The notes beneath the pieces are model-generated. The model did not search any database, was not told where the DNA came from, and saw only the letters and a program-made list of their open reading frames with translations. Source: an uncultured Actinomycetota bacterium (GTDB lineage Bacteria > Actinomycetota > Actinomycetes > Propionibacteriales > Nocardioidaceae). Taken from it: 64,000 nt of DNA. Of this stretch, positions 32,120 to 40,973 are shown piece by piece. Positions within the stretch are counted from its first letter, which is position 1. Every line of letters starts with the position of its first letter. The position numbers were made by a program, and so were the translations under genes. The stretch spans positions 954,223 to 1,018,222 of the forward strand of contig CAWJLT010000012.1 in assembly GCA_963843775.1 (NCBI GenBank). The letters are read 5' to 3'.

Positions 32120-33694
32120 TCATCCCACGGTCCACACGACGGCGGAGAGGGCGAACGCCGTGACCCCCAGCGTCGTCTCCATGACGGTCCAGGTCTTGAG
32201 GGTCGTCGCCTCGTCCATCTCGAAGAAGCGGCTGACCAGCCAGAAGCCTGAGTCGTTGACGTGCGAGAGCACCGTGGCGCCCGCCGCGATGGCGATGACG
32301 AGGGCCGCGATCTGGACGTCCCCGTAGCCGCCGGAGGCGACCTGTGCGGCGATCAGACCCGCGGTGGTGGTCAGGGCCACGGTCGCCGAGCCCTGCGCCA
32401 CGCGCAGGATCGTGGCGATGACGAACGCCTGGAGGAGGATCGGCAGACCGAGGTCGGACAAGGACGAGGTCAGCGACTCGCCGATGCCGCTGGTGCGCAG
32501 CACTCCACCGAACATTCCGCCCGCGCCGGTGATGAGGATGATCGAGCAGATCGGCGCCAACGACTGGTCCAGCAGCTTCGTGGTCTGGTCCAGCGTGCGG
32601 CCGTCACGAGTGCCCAGGACCCCGATCGCGAACAGCAGGGTGATGAGCAGCGCGATCGGCGTGTTGCCCAGCAGCTGCAGGGTGGTCACCCAGGTGGCTT
32701 CGGCGTCGACGCTGCCTGCCGAGGCCAGCGTGGAGATCACCGTGTTGCCGGCGATGAGCACCAAGGGCAGGAGCAGCAGGCTCAGGACGAGCCCGAACGA
32801 GGGCGCGGCGGCGGGGCGGTCGGCGAGGGGCTGGTTGTCGGGACGCTCGGCGACTGCGGTGCTTCCGGGCTCCACCGCCCTCTCCTCACCGGCTCCGCTG
32901 GTGGCGGCGGGGGTGGCGGCTCCGCCCGCGCCGGAGGCCGGGCCGAAGATCAGCTCCGGGACGTCGACGTGGACGCGTCGACCCAGGACCCGTGAGAGCA
33001 GGTAGACGCCGAAGTACCAGGACAGGACCGCGATGGGGAGGTTGATCAGCAGGATCGTGCCGATGTCACCGCCGAGGAAGTCGGCCGCGGCCACGGGACC
33101 GGGGTGCGGAGGCACGAGCGCGTGCATCGCGGCGAAGGCGCCGGCTGCCGGCAGTGCGTAGTAGAGCACCGAGCCGCCGAAACGTCGGGCGACGGTGATG
33201 ATGATGGGAAGGAAGACGACCAGGCCGGCGTCGAAGAAGATCGGGAAACCGAAGAGGAGTGCCGCCACGCCGAGGGCGAACGGCGCGCGCTTCTCCCCGA
33301 ACCGGCTGATCAGGGTGTCGGCCAGGACCTGAGCGCCACCGGTCACCTCGAGGAGTCGGCCGAGCATCACTCCGAAGCCGACCAGGAGCGCCACTGACCC
33401 GAGGGTGCTCCCGAAGCCAGAGAGCAGCGCCGTGGGGACGTCAGCCACCGGAATGCCAGCGGCAACAGCGGTCACCACGCTGACCAGCACCAGCGCGATG
33501 AAGGCGTGCAGCCGCACGCGGATGATCAGGAACAGCAGCAGGGCAACTGCCGCCGCTGCGATGAGCAGCAGCAGGGCGGTGCCGTGCGCGGGAGTGATGG
33601 GATCCACAGGTCCTCCAGCTCTCGAGATGGTGACGGTCACCGTGTGTCGTGCATCTCGCCACCATGCCCGAAAGGCAAGGTCGTTTGCCAGCAC
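32120..33694 (-). CDS. GntP-family gluconate:H+ symporter
   Basis: It has a typical GntP N-terminus (HAFIALVLVSV...LGSVALLVGFGVMLGRLLEVTGGAQVLADTL) and C-terminus (LSHVNDSGFWLV). A ~55-aa Ala/Gly/Pro-rich insertion sits mid-protein. The true start is probably downstream of 33694. Confidence 0.85.
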   Translation of the reverse strand: MLANDLAFRAWWRDARHTVTVTISRAGGPVDPITPAHGTALLLLIAAAAVALLLFLIIRVRLHAFIALVLVSVVTAVAAGIPVADVPTALLSGFGSTLGSVALLVGFGVMLGRLLEVTGGAQVLADTLISRFGEKRAPFALGVAALLFGFPIFFDAGLVVFLPIIITVARRFGGSVLYYALPAAGAFAAMHALVPPHPGPVAAADFLGGDIGTILLINLPIAVLSWYFGVYLLSRVLGRRVHVDVPELIFGPASGAGGAATPAATSGAGEERAVEPGSTAVAERPDNQPLADRPAAAPSFGLVLSLLLLPLVLIAGNTVISTLASAGSVDAEATWVTTLQLLGNTPIALLITLLFAIGVLGTRDGRTLDQTTKLLDQSLAPICSIILITGAGGMFGGVLRTSGIGESLTSSLSDLGLPILLQAFVIATILRVAQGSATVALTTTAGLIAAQVASGGYGDVQIAALVIAIAAGATVLSHVNDSGFWLVSRFFEMDEATTLKTWTVMETTLGVTAFALSAVVWTVG

Positions 33695-33743
33695 TCCCGG
33701 TGGGTGTTGCCCTCCCGCCCCGGTTGATCGGGCTCGAAGTCCC

Positions 33744-34415
33744 TCAGGCGGGCCCGCCGCGTCGGTCCAGCGTCAGAACCGCGCCGAGGAGCGCGATGGC
33801 GCCGGAGGTGACCTCACTGACAGCCATTGCCGTGCTGTCATGGCGCATCACCGAGCCGAACACCACCAACGCAGAGCCACCGGCGACGATGACCAGGGTC
33901 GCCCACGGGCGCGGTCCGGCCAGCATCAACCGCAGGGCGGTGAGAGCCAGCACGATGGCGATGCCGAGGTCACGCAGGGCGTTGTGCTGGCCGATGGCCG
34001 ATGTCGGGTAGACCGACCACTGGGCCACCAGCAACCAGACACACACGGTGAGGACCAGGACGGTGCCGATCGGGAGCAGGTGGGGGACCGGCGTGTCCTG
34101 CGACGCCGCCAAGAGGCGTTCGCGAGTCTCGTCCATCTGCCGCGAACGGCGCTGGGCGGCCTGGCCGCGTGGGCGCGGCACGACCACGGCGTGCGCGTTC
34201 CCCGCACGGACATCGGCGATGTCCTGTCTGAGGGGGCGCACGGAGTGGGAGTCATGGGTGATTCCGCCGTACAGGGCCACGATGCCGCCGACCACCAGGC
34301 CGGCCAGGCCGACGAGGATCACAGGCAGGGAGGTGAGCACCATGCCGAGGGCCACGAGTGCGGAGCCGCACAGGAGCAGGGCCAGACCTGACCACACCCA
34401 TCGCGGCCGCACCAT
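33744..34415 (-). CDS. Hypothetical integral membrane protein
   Basis: Several predicted helices follow MVRPRWVWSGLALLLCGSALVALG. I recognise no family. The start is chosen at the internal Met of track ORF 33744..34502. Confidence 0.5.
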   Translation of the reverse strand: MVRPRWVWSGLALLLCGSALVALGMVLTSLPVILVGLAGLVVGGIVALYGGITHDSHSVRPLRQDIADVRAGNAHAVVVPRPRGQAAQRRSRQMDETRERLLAASQDTPVPHLLPIGTVLVLTVCVWLLVAQWSVYPTSAIGQHNALRDLGIAIVLALTALRLMLAGPRPWATLVIVAGGSALVVFGSVMRHDSTAMAVSEVTSGAIALLGAVLTLDRRGGPA

Positions 34416-34594
34416 GAGCCGGGAACCGGCTTCGTGGCTGCTCGGCCTCATGCGGTGCCTGCGATGCTCATTCTGGGGCAGTACCCCGTCGAGAGGGACC
34501 AAATCCAGCTGATCGCCGTGCTGCGGTGCAGTCCGAAGCCAGCCAGGTGGGCCGTGGGGCTGCCCTCACCGGGACGGTGGCACGCGCCTGGCGG

Positions 34595-37258
34595 TCAGCC
34601 CTGGTCGAGCACGGCTCTCGCAGACTCCAGCCGCGCGATGGGGATGCGGTACGGGGAGCAGGAGACGTAGTCCAGGCCGGCGGACTCGAAGAAGTGGATC
34701 GAGTCCGGGTCCCCGCCGTGCTCACCGCAGACTCCGAGATGCAGGTCGGGCTTCACCTCGCGGCCCCTGAGGACCGCAGTGGTGATCAGGGACCCGACAC
34801 CCTCGGTGTCCAGTGACTCGAACGGTGACACGGACAGGATCCCCTGGGCGAGGTAGGCCGGGAAGAAGGAAGCCTCGACGTCGTCCCTCGAAAAGCCCCA
34901 GGTCATCTGCGTGAGGTCGTTGGTCCCGAAGGAGAAGAAGTCCGCCTCGGCCGCGATCCGTTCTGCAGTGAGGGCAGCGCGCGGCACCTCGATCATCGTC
35001 CCGATGCTGTGGGGTACGGCGAACCCGCGATCGGACTCGACCTGCGCGGCCACCTTCGTCAGGCTGCGTCGCACGAGGGTCAGCTCACCGATCGTCGAGA
35101 CCAGTGGAACCATGATCTCCACGTGCGGATCGCCGCCGGCCTCGATCCTGTCGGCGGCCGCCTCGAGGACGGCGCGCGCCTGCATCGCCACGAGTCCGGG
35201 CACGACCACCCCGAGGCGCACGCCGCGCAACCCCAGCATGGGGTTCTGCTCGTGGGCGGCACGCACCGCCGCCAGCAACCTGTTCCTGGTGGGGTCGTCG
35301 TGCCCGCGCTCCTCGTCGAGGGCGACTTCGACCGACAGCTTCGTCAGGTCGGGCAGGAACTCGTGGAGCGGGGGATCGATCAGCCGGATGGTGACCGGCA
35401 GCCCGTCCATCTCGGCCAGGATCTCGGCGAACTCCTCGCGCTGCATGGGAAGCATGGCGTCCAGGGCGGCGTCCCGCGCCGTGTCGTTCTCGGCCAGCAC
35501 GAGGTTCTCGACCAGCGTTCTGCGTTCGCCGAGGAACATGTGCTCGGTGCGGCACAACCCGATCCCCTGGGCGCCGAACCGGCGCGCCCGTGCAGCGTCC
35601 TCGGGGGTGTCGGCGTTCGCGCGCACCTCCATGCGGCGGACGCGGTCGGCGTGACCGAGCAGGGCCGCAACGGCATCCACCACCGGGTCCTCGATCTTCT
35701 TCCCGTCGAAGTAGCTGACGACGGCCGAGTCCACGACTGGTACGTCACCGGCGAAGACCTCGCCGCTGGAGCCGTCGAGGGAGATGACGTCACCTTCGTG
35801 CAGGGTGGCTCCACCTCGGACCTGGACCTGCCTGGCGACGAGGTCGACGAGCAGCGCCTCGGCCCCGCAGACACAGGGTCTTCCCATGCCACGGGCCACG
35901 ACCGCGGCGTGCGAGGTCTTGCCGCCGCGGCTCGTCAGGGTGCCCCGGGCTGCGACCATGCCGGGCAGGTCGTCAGGGTTCGTCTCCTCACGCACGAGGA
36001 TGACGTCTTCACCCCGGGCGCTCCAGGTGACGGCGGTCTCGGCGTCGAGAGCGACACGGCCGACTGCGGCGCCGGGGGAGGCGCTGATGCCCGCTGTGAG
36101 AAGTGACCTGGGGGCCCGCTCGTCGAACCGGGGAAACATCAGCCGGCCCAGCTGGGCGCCGGTGACCCGTCTGAGGGCCTCGTCCAGATCCACGAGCCCT
36201 TCGGCGACCATGGCGTGCGCGATGCGGAAGGCGGCCTCAGGGGTGCGCTTGCCCACGCGGGTCTGCAACATCCAGAGCTTGCCGTCCTCGACGGTGAACT
36301 CGATGTCGCACATGTCCCGGTAGTGGTTCTCGAGGGTGGCCATGTGCTCGAGAAGCTCGTCGTAGGACGACTTGTCCAGCTCTGCCAGATCAGTCAGAGG
36401 CATCGTGTTGCGGATGCCGGAGACCACGTCCTCGCCCTGTGCCTGCTGCAGGTAGTCGCCATAGACCCCGCTCGCGCCGTTGCCAGGGTCCCGGGTGAAA
36501 CCGACCCCGGAGCCGGAGCGCTCACCGCGGTTGCCGAACACCATGGCCTGCACGTTCACCGCAGTGCCAAGGTCCTCGGAGATGTGTTCGCGTCGGCGGT
36601 AGAAGCCCGCGCGAGGCGTGTGCCACGAGTCGAACACCGCGCGCACGGCGAGGTCGAGCTGTTCTCTCGGGTTCTGCGGGAAGGGGCGACCGGTGTGCTG
36701 CTGGATGAGCTCCTGGTAGGTACGGACCAGCTCCTGAAGGTCATCGACGTCGAGGCCGCTGTCACCGACCTGGGAGCGCGACTCCTTCAGGTGGGCGAGG
36801 GCGGAGGAGAACTCGGCCGGGTCGATCCCGAGGACGGTGCTCCCGAACATCTGGAGAAGCCGCCGATAGGAGTCGTAGGCGAAGCGGTCGCCACCGTGTC
36901 GCGCGAGTCCGTGCACCGACTCGTCGTTGAGACCGACATCGAGGACCGTCTCCATCATCCCGGGCATGGAGAACTTCGAGCCCGACCTGACAGAGATCAG
37001 CAACGGATCTGACCGGTCGCCGAGCGTGCGCCCCATGTCCAGCTCGAGCCGCGCGAGGTGACGACCCACCTCAGCGTCCAGCCCCTCGGGCACCGACCCT
37101 TCCCGAAGATAGATCCGGCACGCGTCGGTCGTGATGGTGAAGCCGGGTGGCACCGGTAGACCGAGCCGGCACATCTCCGCGAGGTTCGCCCCCTTGCCAC
37201 CCAACAGATCGGCCTGGGAGCGGTCACCTTCAGCGAAGTCGCGCACATAAGTGGTCAC
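34595..37258 (-). CDS. ppdK: Pyruvate, phosphate dikinase
   Basis: 887 aa with LLGGKGANLAEMCRLGLPVPPGFTITT, the catalytic His region GGKTSHAAVVARGMG, and the C-terminal PEP-utilising TIM barrel (FFSFGTNDLTQ, VCGEHGGDP). Confidence 0.95.
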   Translation of the reverse strand: MTTYVRDFAEGDRSQADLLGGKGANLAEMCRLGLPVPPGFTITTDACRIYLREGSVPEGLDAEVGRHLARLELDMGRTLGDRSDPLLISVRSGSKFSMPGMMETVLDVGLNDESVHGLARHGGDRFAYDSYRRLLQMFGSTVLGIDPAEFSSALAHLKESRSQVGDSGLDVDDLQELVRTYQELIQQHTGRPFPQNPREQLDLAVRAVFDSWHTPRAGFYRRREHISEDLGTAVNVQAMVFGNRGERSGSGVGFTRDPGNGASGVYGDYLQQAQGEDVVSGIRNTMPLTDLAELDKSSYDELLEHMATLENHYRDMCDIEFTVEDGKLWMLQTRVGKRTPEAAFRIAHAMVAEGLVDLDEALRRVTGAQLGRLMFPRFDERAPRSLLTAGISASPGAAVGRVALDAETAVTWSARGEDVILVREETNPDDLPGMVAARGTLTSRGGKTSHAAVVARGMGRPCVCGAEALLVDLVARQVQVRGGATLHEGDVISLDGSSGEVFAGDVPVVDSAVVSYFDGKKIEDPVVDAVAALLGHADRVRRMEVRANADTPEDAARARRFGAQGIGLCRTEHMFLGERRTLVENLVLAENDTARDAALDAMLPMQREEFAEILAEMDGLPVTIRLIDPPLHEFLPDLTKLSVEVALDEERGHDDPTRNRLLAAVRAAHEQNPMLGLRGVRLGVVVPGLVAMQARAVLEAAADRIEAGGDPHVEIMVPLVSTIGELTLVRRSLTKVAAQVESDRGFAVPHSIGTMIEVPRAALTAERIAAEADFFSFGTNDLTQMTWGFSRDDVEASFFPAYLAQGILSVSPFESLDTEGVGSLITTAVLRGREVKPDLHLGVCGEHGGDPDSIHFFESAGLDYVSCSPYRIPIARLESARAVLDQG

Positions 37259-37293
37259 ACCTGCATGCTGCTCTGCTCACCGTGCCGGGTGAA

Positions 37294-37307
37294 GGGGCCA
37301 AGGTCCC
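37294..37307. promoter_or_regulatory. DosR/DevR-like palindrome GGGGCCAAGGTCCC upstream of ppdK
   Basis: It lies 36-49 nt upstream of the ppdK start. With flanks it reads gAAGGGGCCAAGGTCCCgtc, nearly identical to the box at 38432. Confidence 0.45.
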
Positions 37308-37338
37308 GTCCGGGCCTGCCGGTGGACCTTGTCACCCC

Positions 37339-38313
37339 TCAGCCGTCGATGACCTCGCCGAGTGGGCGTCGAGACGTGCGCGGAAGCCTGCTGCGACTGG
37401 TCTCCTGCCAACCGACGCGAAGGAGGATCTGGGGACGAGCCATGCCGTCGAAGACGTCATGGTGCAAGGCATGTCGGGTCTCGTCGACCTCGATGACCTG
37501 GCTGAGCGGCACTACCGAGAAGCCTTCGTGGGTGGCTTGCAACCACATGGCGCTGAGTCCCTGCCCTGCCTTGAGCCAGGACATCTGGTCGTCGACGGCC
37601 GAGCAGAGCACCATCAGGCCGTCGGAGCTCTCGATCACGTCACTGCAACCCGGTGCGGCTGTCTCGGCCGCGAACCGGGTTGCGTGGGTCGGCGGTCGTC
37701 CCTGCGTGACGGGTGCGGCGAGCGCGGCCTGGATGCCGTCCACCGTGGTGTGATCGACCCACTCGTCCTGCTCCTCGACGAACCTCGGGTTGGCCGCCTG
37801 CACCTCCATGGCGCGCTTCACCAGCTCTTCGGTTCGGAACCGGGTCGTCGCCTCGGTCAGGGCGACGGCGTGCGCTCCCCACGCGGAGGCAGCCTTCGAC
37901 AGGTGAGCGAGGCGAGCGTCGGGGATGGGCCACGAGGTGAACCGGCGTCGGTCCGTGCACCGTCTCTCGAGCGAGATGAGGGCATCCGTGGACTCCTCCG
38001 TCTCTACACCGGCCGTGAGGTGGATGCGCCCCAACGGGCCATCCTCAGCAGACGAGGGCATCAGCTCGGTGTCCGCAGTCAGGCCGAGTGCTCGCGCGGC
38101 CACCACGGCATGGTGGAGCGCCGCTCCACAGCTCAGCACGAGGTTGCGTCCGGTGGGGTCGCTGACGAGCAGCTGGCGGCTCCGGTCGGCGTAGAGCTCG
38201 ACCACCGTGTCGTCGATCACCCGCCAGCGCCAGGGCTGGGTGTTGTGCACGCTCGGGGCGTGGCAGGCGAGCTCGATCACACGGCGCGCGAGAGCCGAAG
38301 TGGGCGTTTTCAT
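37339..38313 (-). CDS. Acg-family nitroreductase-like FMN-binding protein
   Basis: 324 aa. The N-terminus ELACHAPSVHNTQPWRWRV is the hallmark of the Acg/Rv2032-type family. Confidence 0.85.
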   Translation of the reverse strand: MKTPTSALARRVIELACHAPSVHNTQPWRWRVIDDTVVELYADRSRQLLVSDPTGRNLVLSCGAALHHAVVAARALGLTADTELMPSSAEDGPLGRIHLTAGVETEESTDALISLERRCTDRRRFTSWPIPDARLAHLSKAASAWGAHAVALTEATTRFRTEELVKRAMEVQAANPRFVEEQDEWVDHTTVDGIQAALAAPVTQGRPPTHATRFAAETAAPGCSDVIESSDGLMVLCSAVDDQMSWLKAGQGLSAMWLQATHEGFSVVPLSQVIEVDETRHALHHDVFDGMARPQILLRVGWQETSRSRLPRTSRRPLGEVIDG

Positions 38314-38431
38314 GTGTCTCCTCGGATGAGTTTCGACGGTGGGCGGTCCTCGGCAGGGGAGGTCGAGGGTCGCGTGCGCCGCTGGTCATCGGACGCACTC
38401 TCATCGTGAACCGCGGCCGACGCCCAGGGCA

Positions 38432-38445
38432 GGGGCCAAAGTCCC
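38432..38445. promoter_or_regulatory. DosR/DevR-like palindrome GGGGCCAAAGTCCC in the divergent acg-like / SQR-like intergenic region
   Basis: It lies 119-132 nt upstream of the acg-like start. A second, weaker box GGGACGTTCGGCCC sits at 38615-38628, 76-89 nt upstream of the SQR-like start. Confidence 0.45.
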
Positions 38446-38703
38446 TACCCCGCAGGGAAACGCACCTTTCCCGGGCCCAGAGGCTCAACACCATCACCCA
38501 CAACGAGGGCACCCGCGAGACGACGACAGCAGGCACCCTGTCCCCTCGGGTGACCAACCCCTTCGTCCCGTAGCCAACGCGTTGTCGGGCTCGTGTCCAG
38601 GGTCCCTGTCGGAGGGGACGTTCGGCCCTCGTATGGCGTCACGGGGACTCCTAGCGTGGAGGAAGGACAGGGACCTGTTCCGTCGAGTGAGGAAGTGGAC
38701 GAG

Positions 38704-39951
38704 ATGAGACGACTACTGGTGCTGGGTGCGGGCACAGCCGGAACGATCATCGTGAACAAGCTGCGTCGGCGACTCCCCCGGAGTGAGTGGGAGATCACGG
38801 TGGTGGACCGCGACGACGTGCACCCCTACCAGCCGGGCTACCTGCTTCTGCCGTTCGGGACGTACTCCGCTGACCAGCTGACCCGCTCGCGCCGCGCCCA
38901 GCTGCCGAAGGGTGTCGACTTCTTGATGGGTGACGTCGACCGTGTCGACGGGCCCGCCAACACGGTGAAGCTCACCGATGGGCGAAACCTCACCTACGAC
39001 TACCTGGTCATCGCCTCCGGCACCTCGCCCCGCCCGGACCAGACCCCGGGGATGCTGGGGGAGGAGTGGCAGCGCAGCATCTTCGACTTCTACAGCCTCG
39101 AGGGCGCCAAGGCCTTGGCCATCGCGATGCAGGACTTCGACCGAGGTCGGCTCGTCGTGCACATCACCGACATGCCGATCAAGTGCCCGGTGGCCCCACT
39201 GGAATTCACCTTCCTGGCCGAGGCGTGGTTGCGCGAGAAGGGACTGCGCGATCGTGTGGAGCTCGTCTACGTCACTCCGCTCCCCGGAGCGTTCACCAAA
39301 CCGGTCGCCTCTGACCACCTGGGATCGATGCTCGAGGAGCGCAAGATCCATGTCGAGTCGGACTTCCTGGTCGAGCGCATCGACAACGAGTCCAAGACTC
39401 TCGTGTCCTACGACGAGCGTGAGGTCCCGTTCGACCTCCTGGTGACCGTGCCGCTCAACATGGGGGCCGACTTCGTGGAGCGCTCCGGGCTCGGTGACGA
39501 GCTCAACTATGTCCCGGTCGACCGGCACACCCTGCAGTCGAAGGCGTTCGCGAACATCTTCGCAGTGGGCGACTCCTCGGACATCCCGACCTCCAAGGCC
39601 GGTTCGGTGGCGCACTTCTCGGTAGAGGTGTTCGTCGAGAACTTCCTCCAGCTCATCGACGGGAAGCCGATGACGGGTGCCTTCGACGGCCACGCCAACT
39701 GCTTCATCGAGTCGGGGGACGGCAAGGGAATGCTGATCGACTTCAACTACGACACCGAGCCGCTCACCGGCACCTACCCGCTTCCGCTGGCCGGTCCGCT
39801 GAGCCTCCTCAAGGAGACACGGCTCAACCACCTCGGCAAGCTCGCGTTCCGCTGGATCTACTGGCACGTACTCCTGCCCGGTCGTCCGATGCCGCTACCC
39901 GCACACATGTCGATGGTCGGCAAGACCGTCCCCAAGAACCCCGCCAACTAG
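38704..39951 (+). CDS. NAD(P)/FAD-dependent oxidoreductase, sulfide:quinone oxidoreductase-like
   Basis: MRRLLVLGAGTAGTIIVNKL is a Rossmann GxGxxG start, and PIKCPVAPLEF is an SQR-like Cys motif. It lies directly upstream of sulfur-relay genes. Confidence 0.8.
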   Translation: MRRLLVLGAGTAGTIIVNKLRRRLPRSEWEITVVDRDDVHPYQPGYLLLPFGTYSADQLTRSRRAQLPKGVDFLMGDVDRVDGPANTVKLTDGRNLTYDYLVIASGTSPRPDQTPGMLGEEWQRSIFDFYSLEGAKALAIAMQDFDRGRLVVHITDMPIKCPVAPLEFTFLAEAWLREKGLRDRVELVYVTPLPGAFTKPVASDHLGSMLEERKIHVESDFLVERIDNESKTLVSYDEREVPFDLLVTVPLNMGADFVERSGLGDELNYVPVDRHTLQSKAFANIFAVGDSSDIPTSKAGSVAHFSVEVFVENFLQLIDGKPMTGAFDGHANCFIESGDGKGMLIDFNYDTEPLTGTYPLPLAGPLSLLKETRLNHLGKLAFRWIYWHVLLPGRPMPLPAHMSMVGKTVPKNPAN

Positions 39952-39957
39952 AAGGAG

Positions 39958-40281
39958 ATGTCTCACATGCCGCTCACCACGCTCGCCGGTCGCTCGATCC
40001 AGGTCAACGACGAGGGCTTCCTGACCGACCCCGCCGAATGGGACGAGGAGCTCGGCACCGTGCTCGCCACCGCCATCGGCATCACGCTGACGGACGAACA
40101 CTGGAAGGCCATCCGGTTCCTGCGAGAGGACTTCGCCGAGCAGGGCGAGACCGCGACCCTGCGACGGGTCAGCACCCGAGGCGGCATCCCCGTCAAGCAG
40201 CTCTTCGGCCTCTTCCCCCAGAAGCCAGCGAAGAAGATGGCGTACGTCGCCGGCTTGCCCAAGCCACACGGCTGCGTCTGA
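39958..40281 (+). CDS. TusE/DsrC/DsvC-family sulfur relay protein
   Basis: 107 aa with GFLTDPAEWDEEL, EHWKAIRFLREDF and a C-terminal ...GLPKPHGCV carrying the conserved penultimate Cys. Confidence 0.85.
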   Translation: MSHMPLTTLAGRSIQVNDEGFLTDPAEWDEELGTVLATAIGITLTDEHWKAIRFLREDFAEQGETATLRRVSTRGGIPVKQLFGLFPQKPAKKMAYVAGLPKPHGCV

Positions 40282-40321
40282 GACAGAACCACCCACCACA
40301 CCGCTACGAGAGAGAGACACC

Positions 40322-40837
40322 ATGACCACCACCGACGTCAGCCCCGCCATCGTCCCTAGTTTCGACAGCGCCGAGCACGAGGGGCGCAAGCTCGCCATCA
40401 TCTGCTCCAAGGGCAGTCTGGACATGGCCTACCCCGGACTCATCATGGCCAACGCAGCCCTCGGTGAGGGGGTCGAGACCCACCTGTTCTTCACGTTCTG
40501 GGGATTCGACATGATCACCAAGTCGACCATGGGTGAGCTGAAGTTCACGATGCTCGGCAACACGGCGACCCACATGCCCCAGGGACTCGGCGGCCTTCCC
40601 GGCATGACGGCCATGGCCACCTCGAAGCTGAAGAAGTCGCTCGCCGAGCTCGACGTCCCGGAGGTGCCGGAGTTCCTCGAGCAGATCGTGGCCTCGGGGG
40701 GCCATCTCTGGGCCTGCCGGCTGTCGGCCGACATGAACCACCTGGCCGAGGCCGACCTCTACGAGGAGGTGGAGGGCATCATCAGTGCCAGCGACTTCAT
40801 CGAGAAGACCGCAGGGGCGCAGCTGCTCTTCATCTGA
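40322..40837 (+). CDS. DsrE/DsrF-like family protein
   Basis: 171 aa with KLAIICSKGSLDMAYPGLIMANAA, FFTFWG, and GGHLWACRLSADM, which carries the candidate active Cys. Confidence 0.8.
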   Translation: MTTTDVSPAIVPSFDSAEHEGRKLAIICSKGSLDMAYPGLIMANAALGEGVETHLFFTFWGFDMITKSTMGELKFTMLGNTATHMPQGLGGLPGMTAMATSKLKKSLAELDVPEVPEFLEQIVASGGHLWACRLSADMNHLAEADLYEEVEGIISASDFIEKTAGAQLLFI

Positions 40838-40973
40838 GTCGGAGCCTGGGCTCGCGTGAAGTGGGGTGGTGGTGCCGTCTTGTTCATCGCTCGTTCACCC
40901 CAGGGTTCTGGCAGGGGCCACGAGTCGCTGTCAAAGTCCGAGGCATCCCATCTCACGACACCTGAGGTATCCC

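Noticed and set aside
38314-38703. Riboswitch or sRNA in the 390-nt acg-like / SQR-like intergenic region
   Set aside because: I could not recognise any known riboswitch core or a terminator-like hairpin. The palindromic GGGnC-N4-GnCCC boxes make a divergent promoter region the simpler reading.
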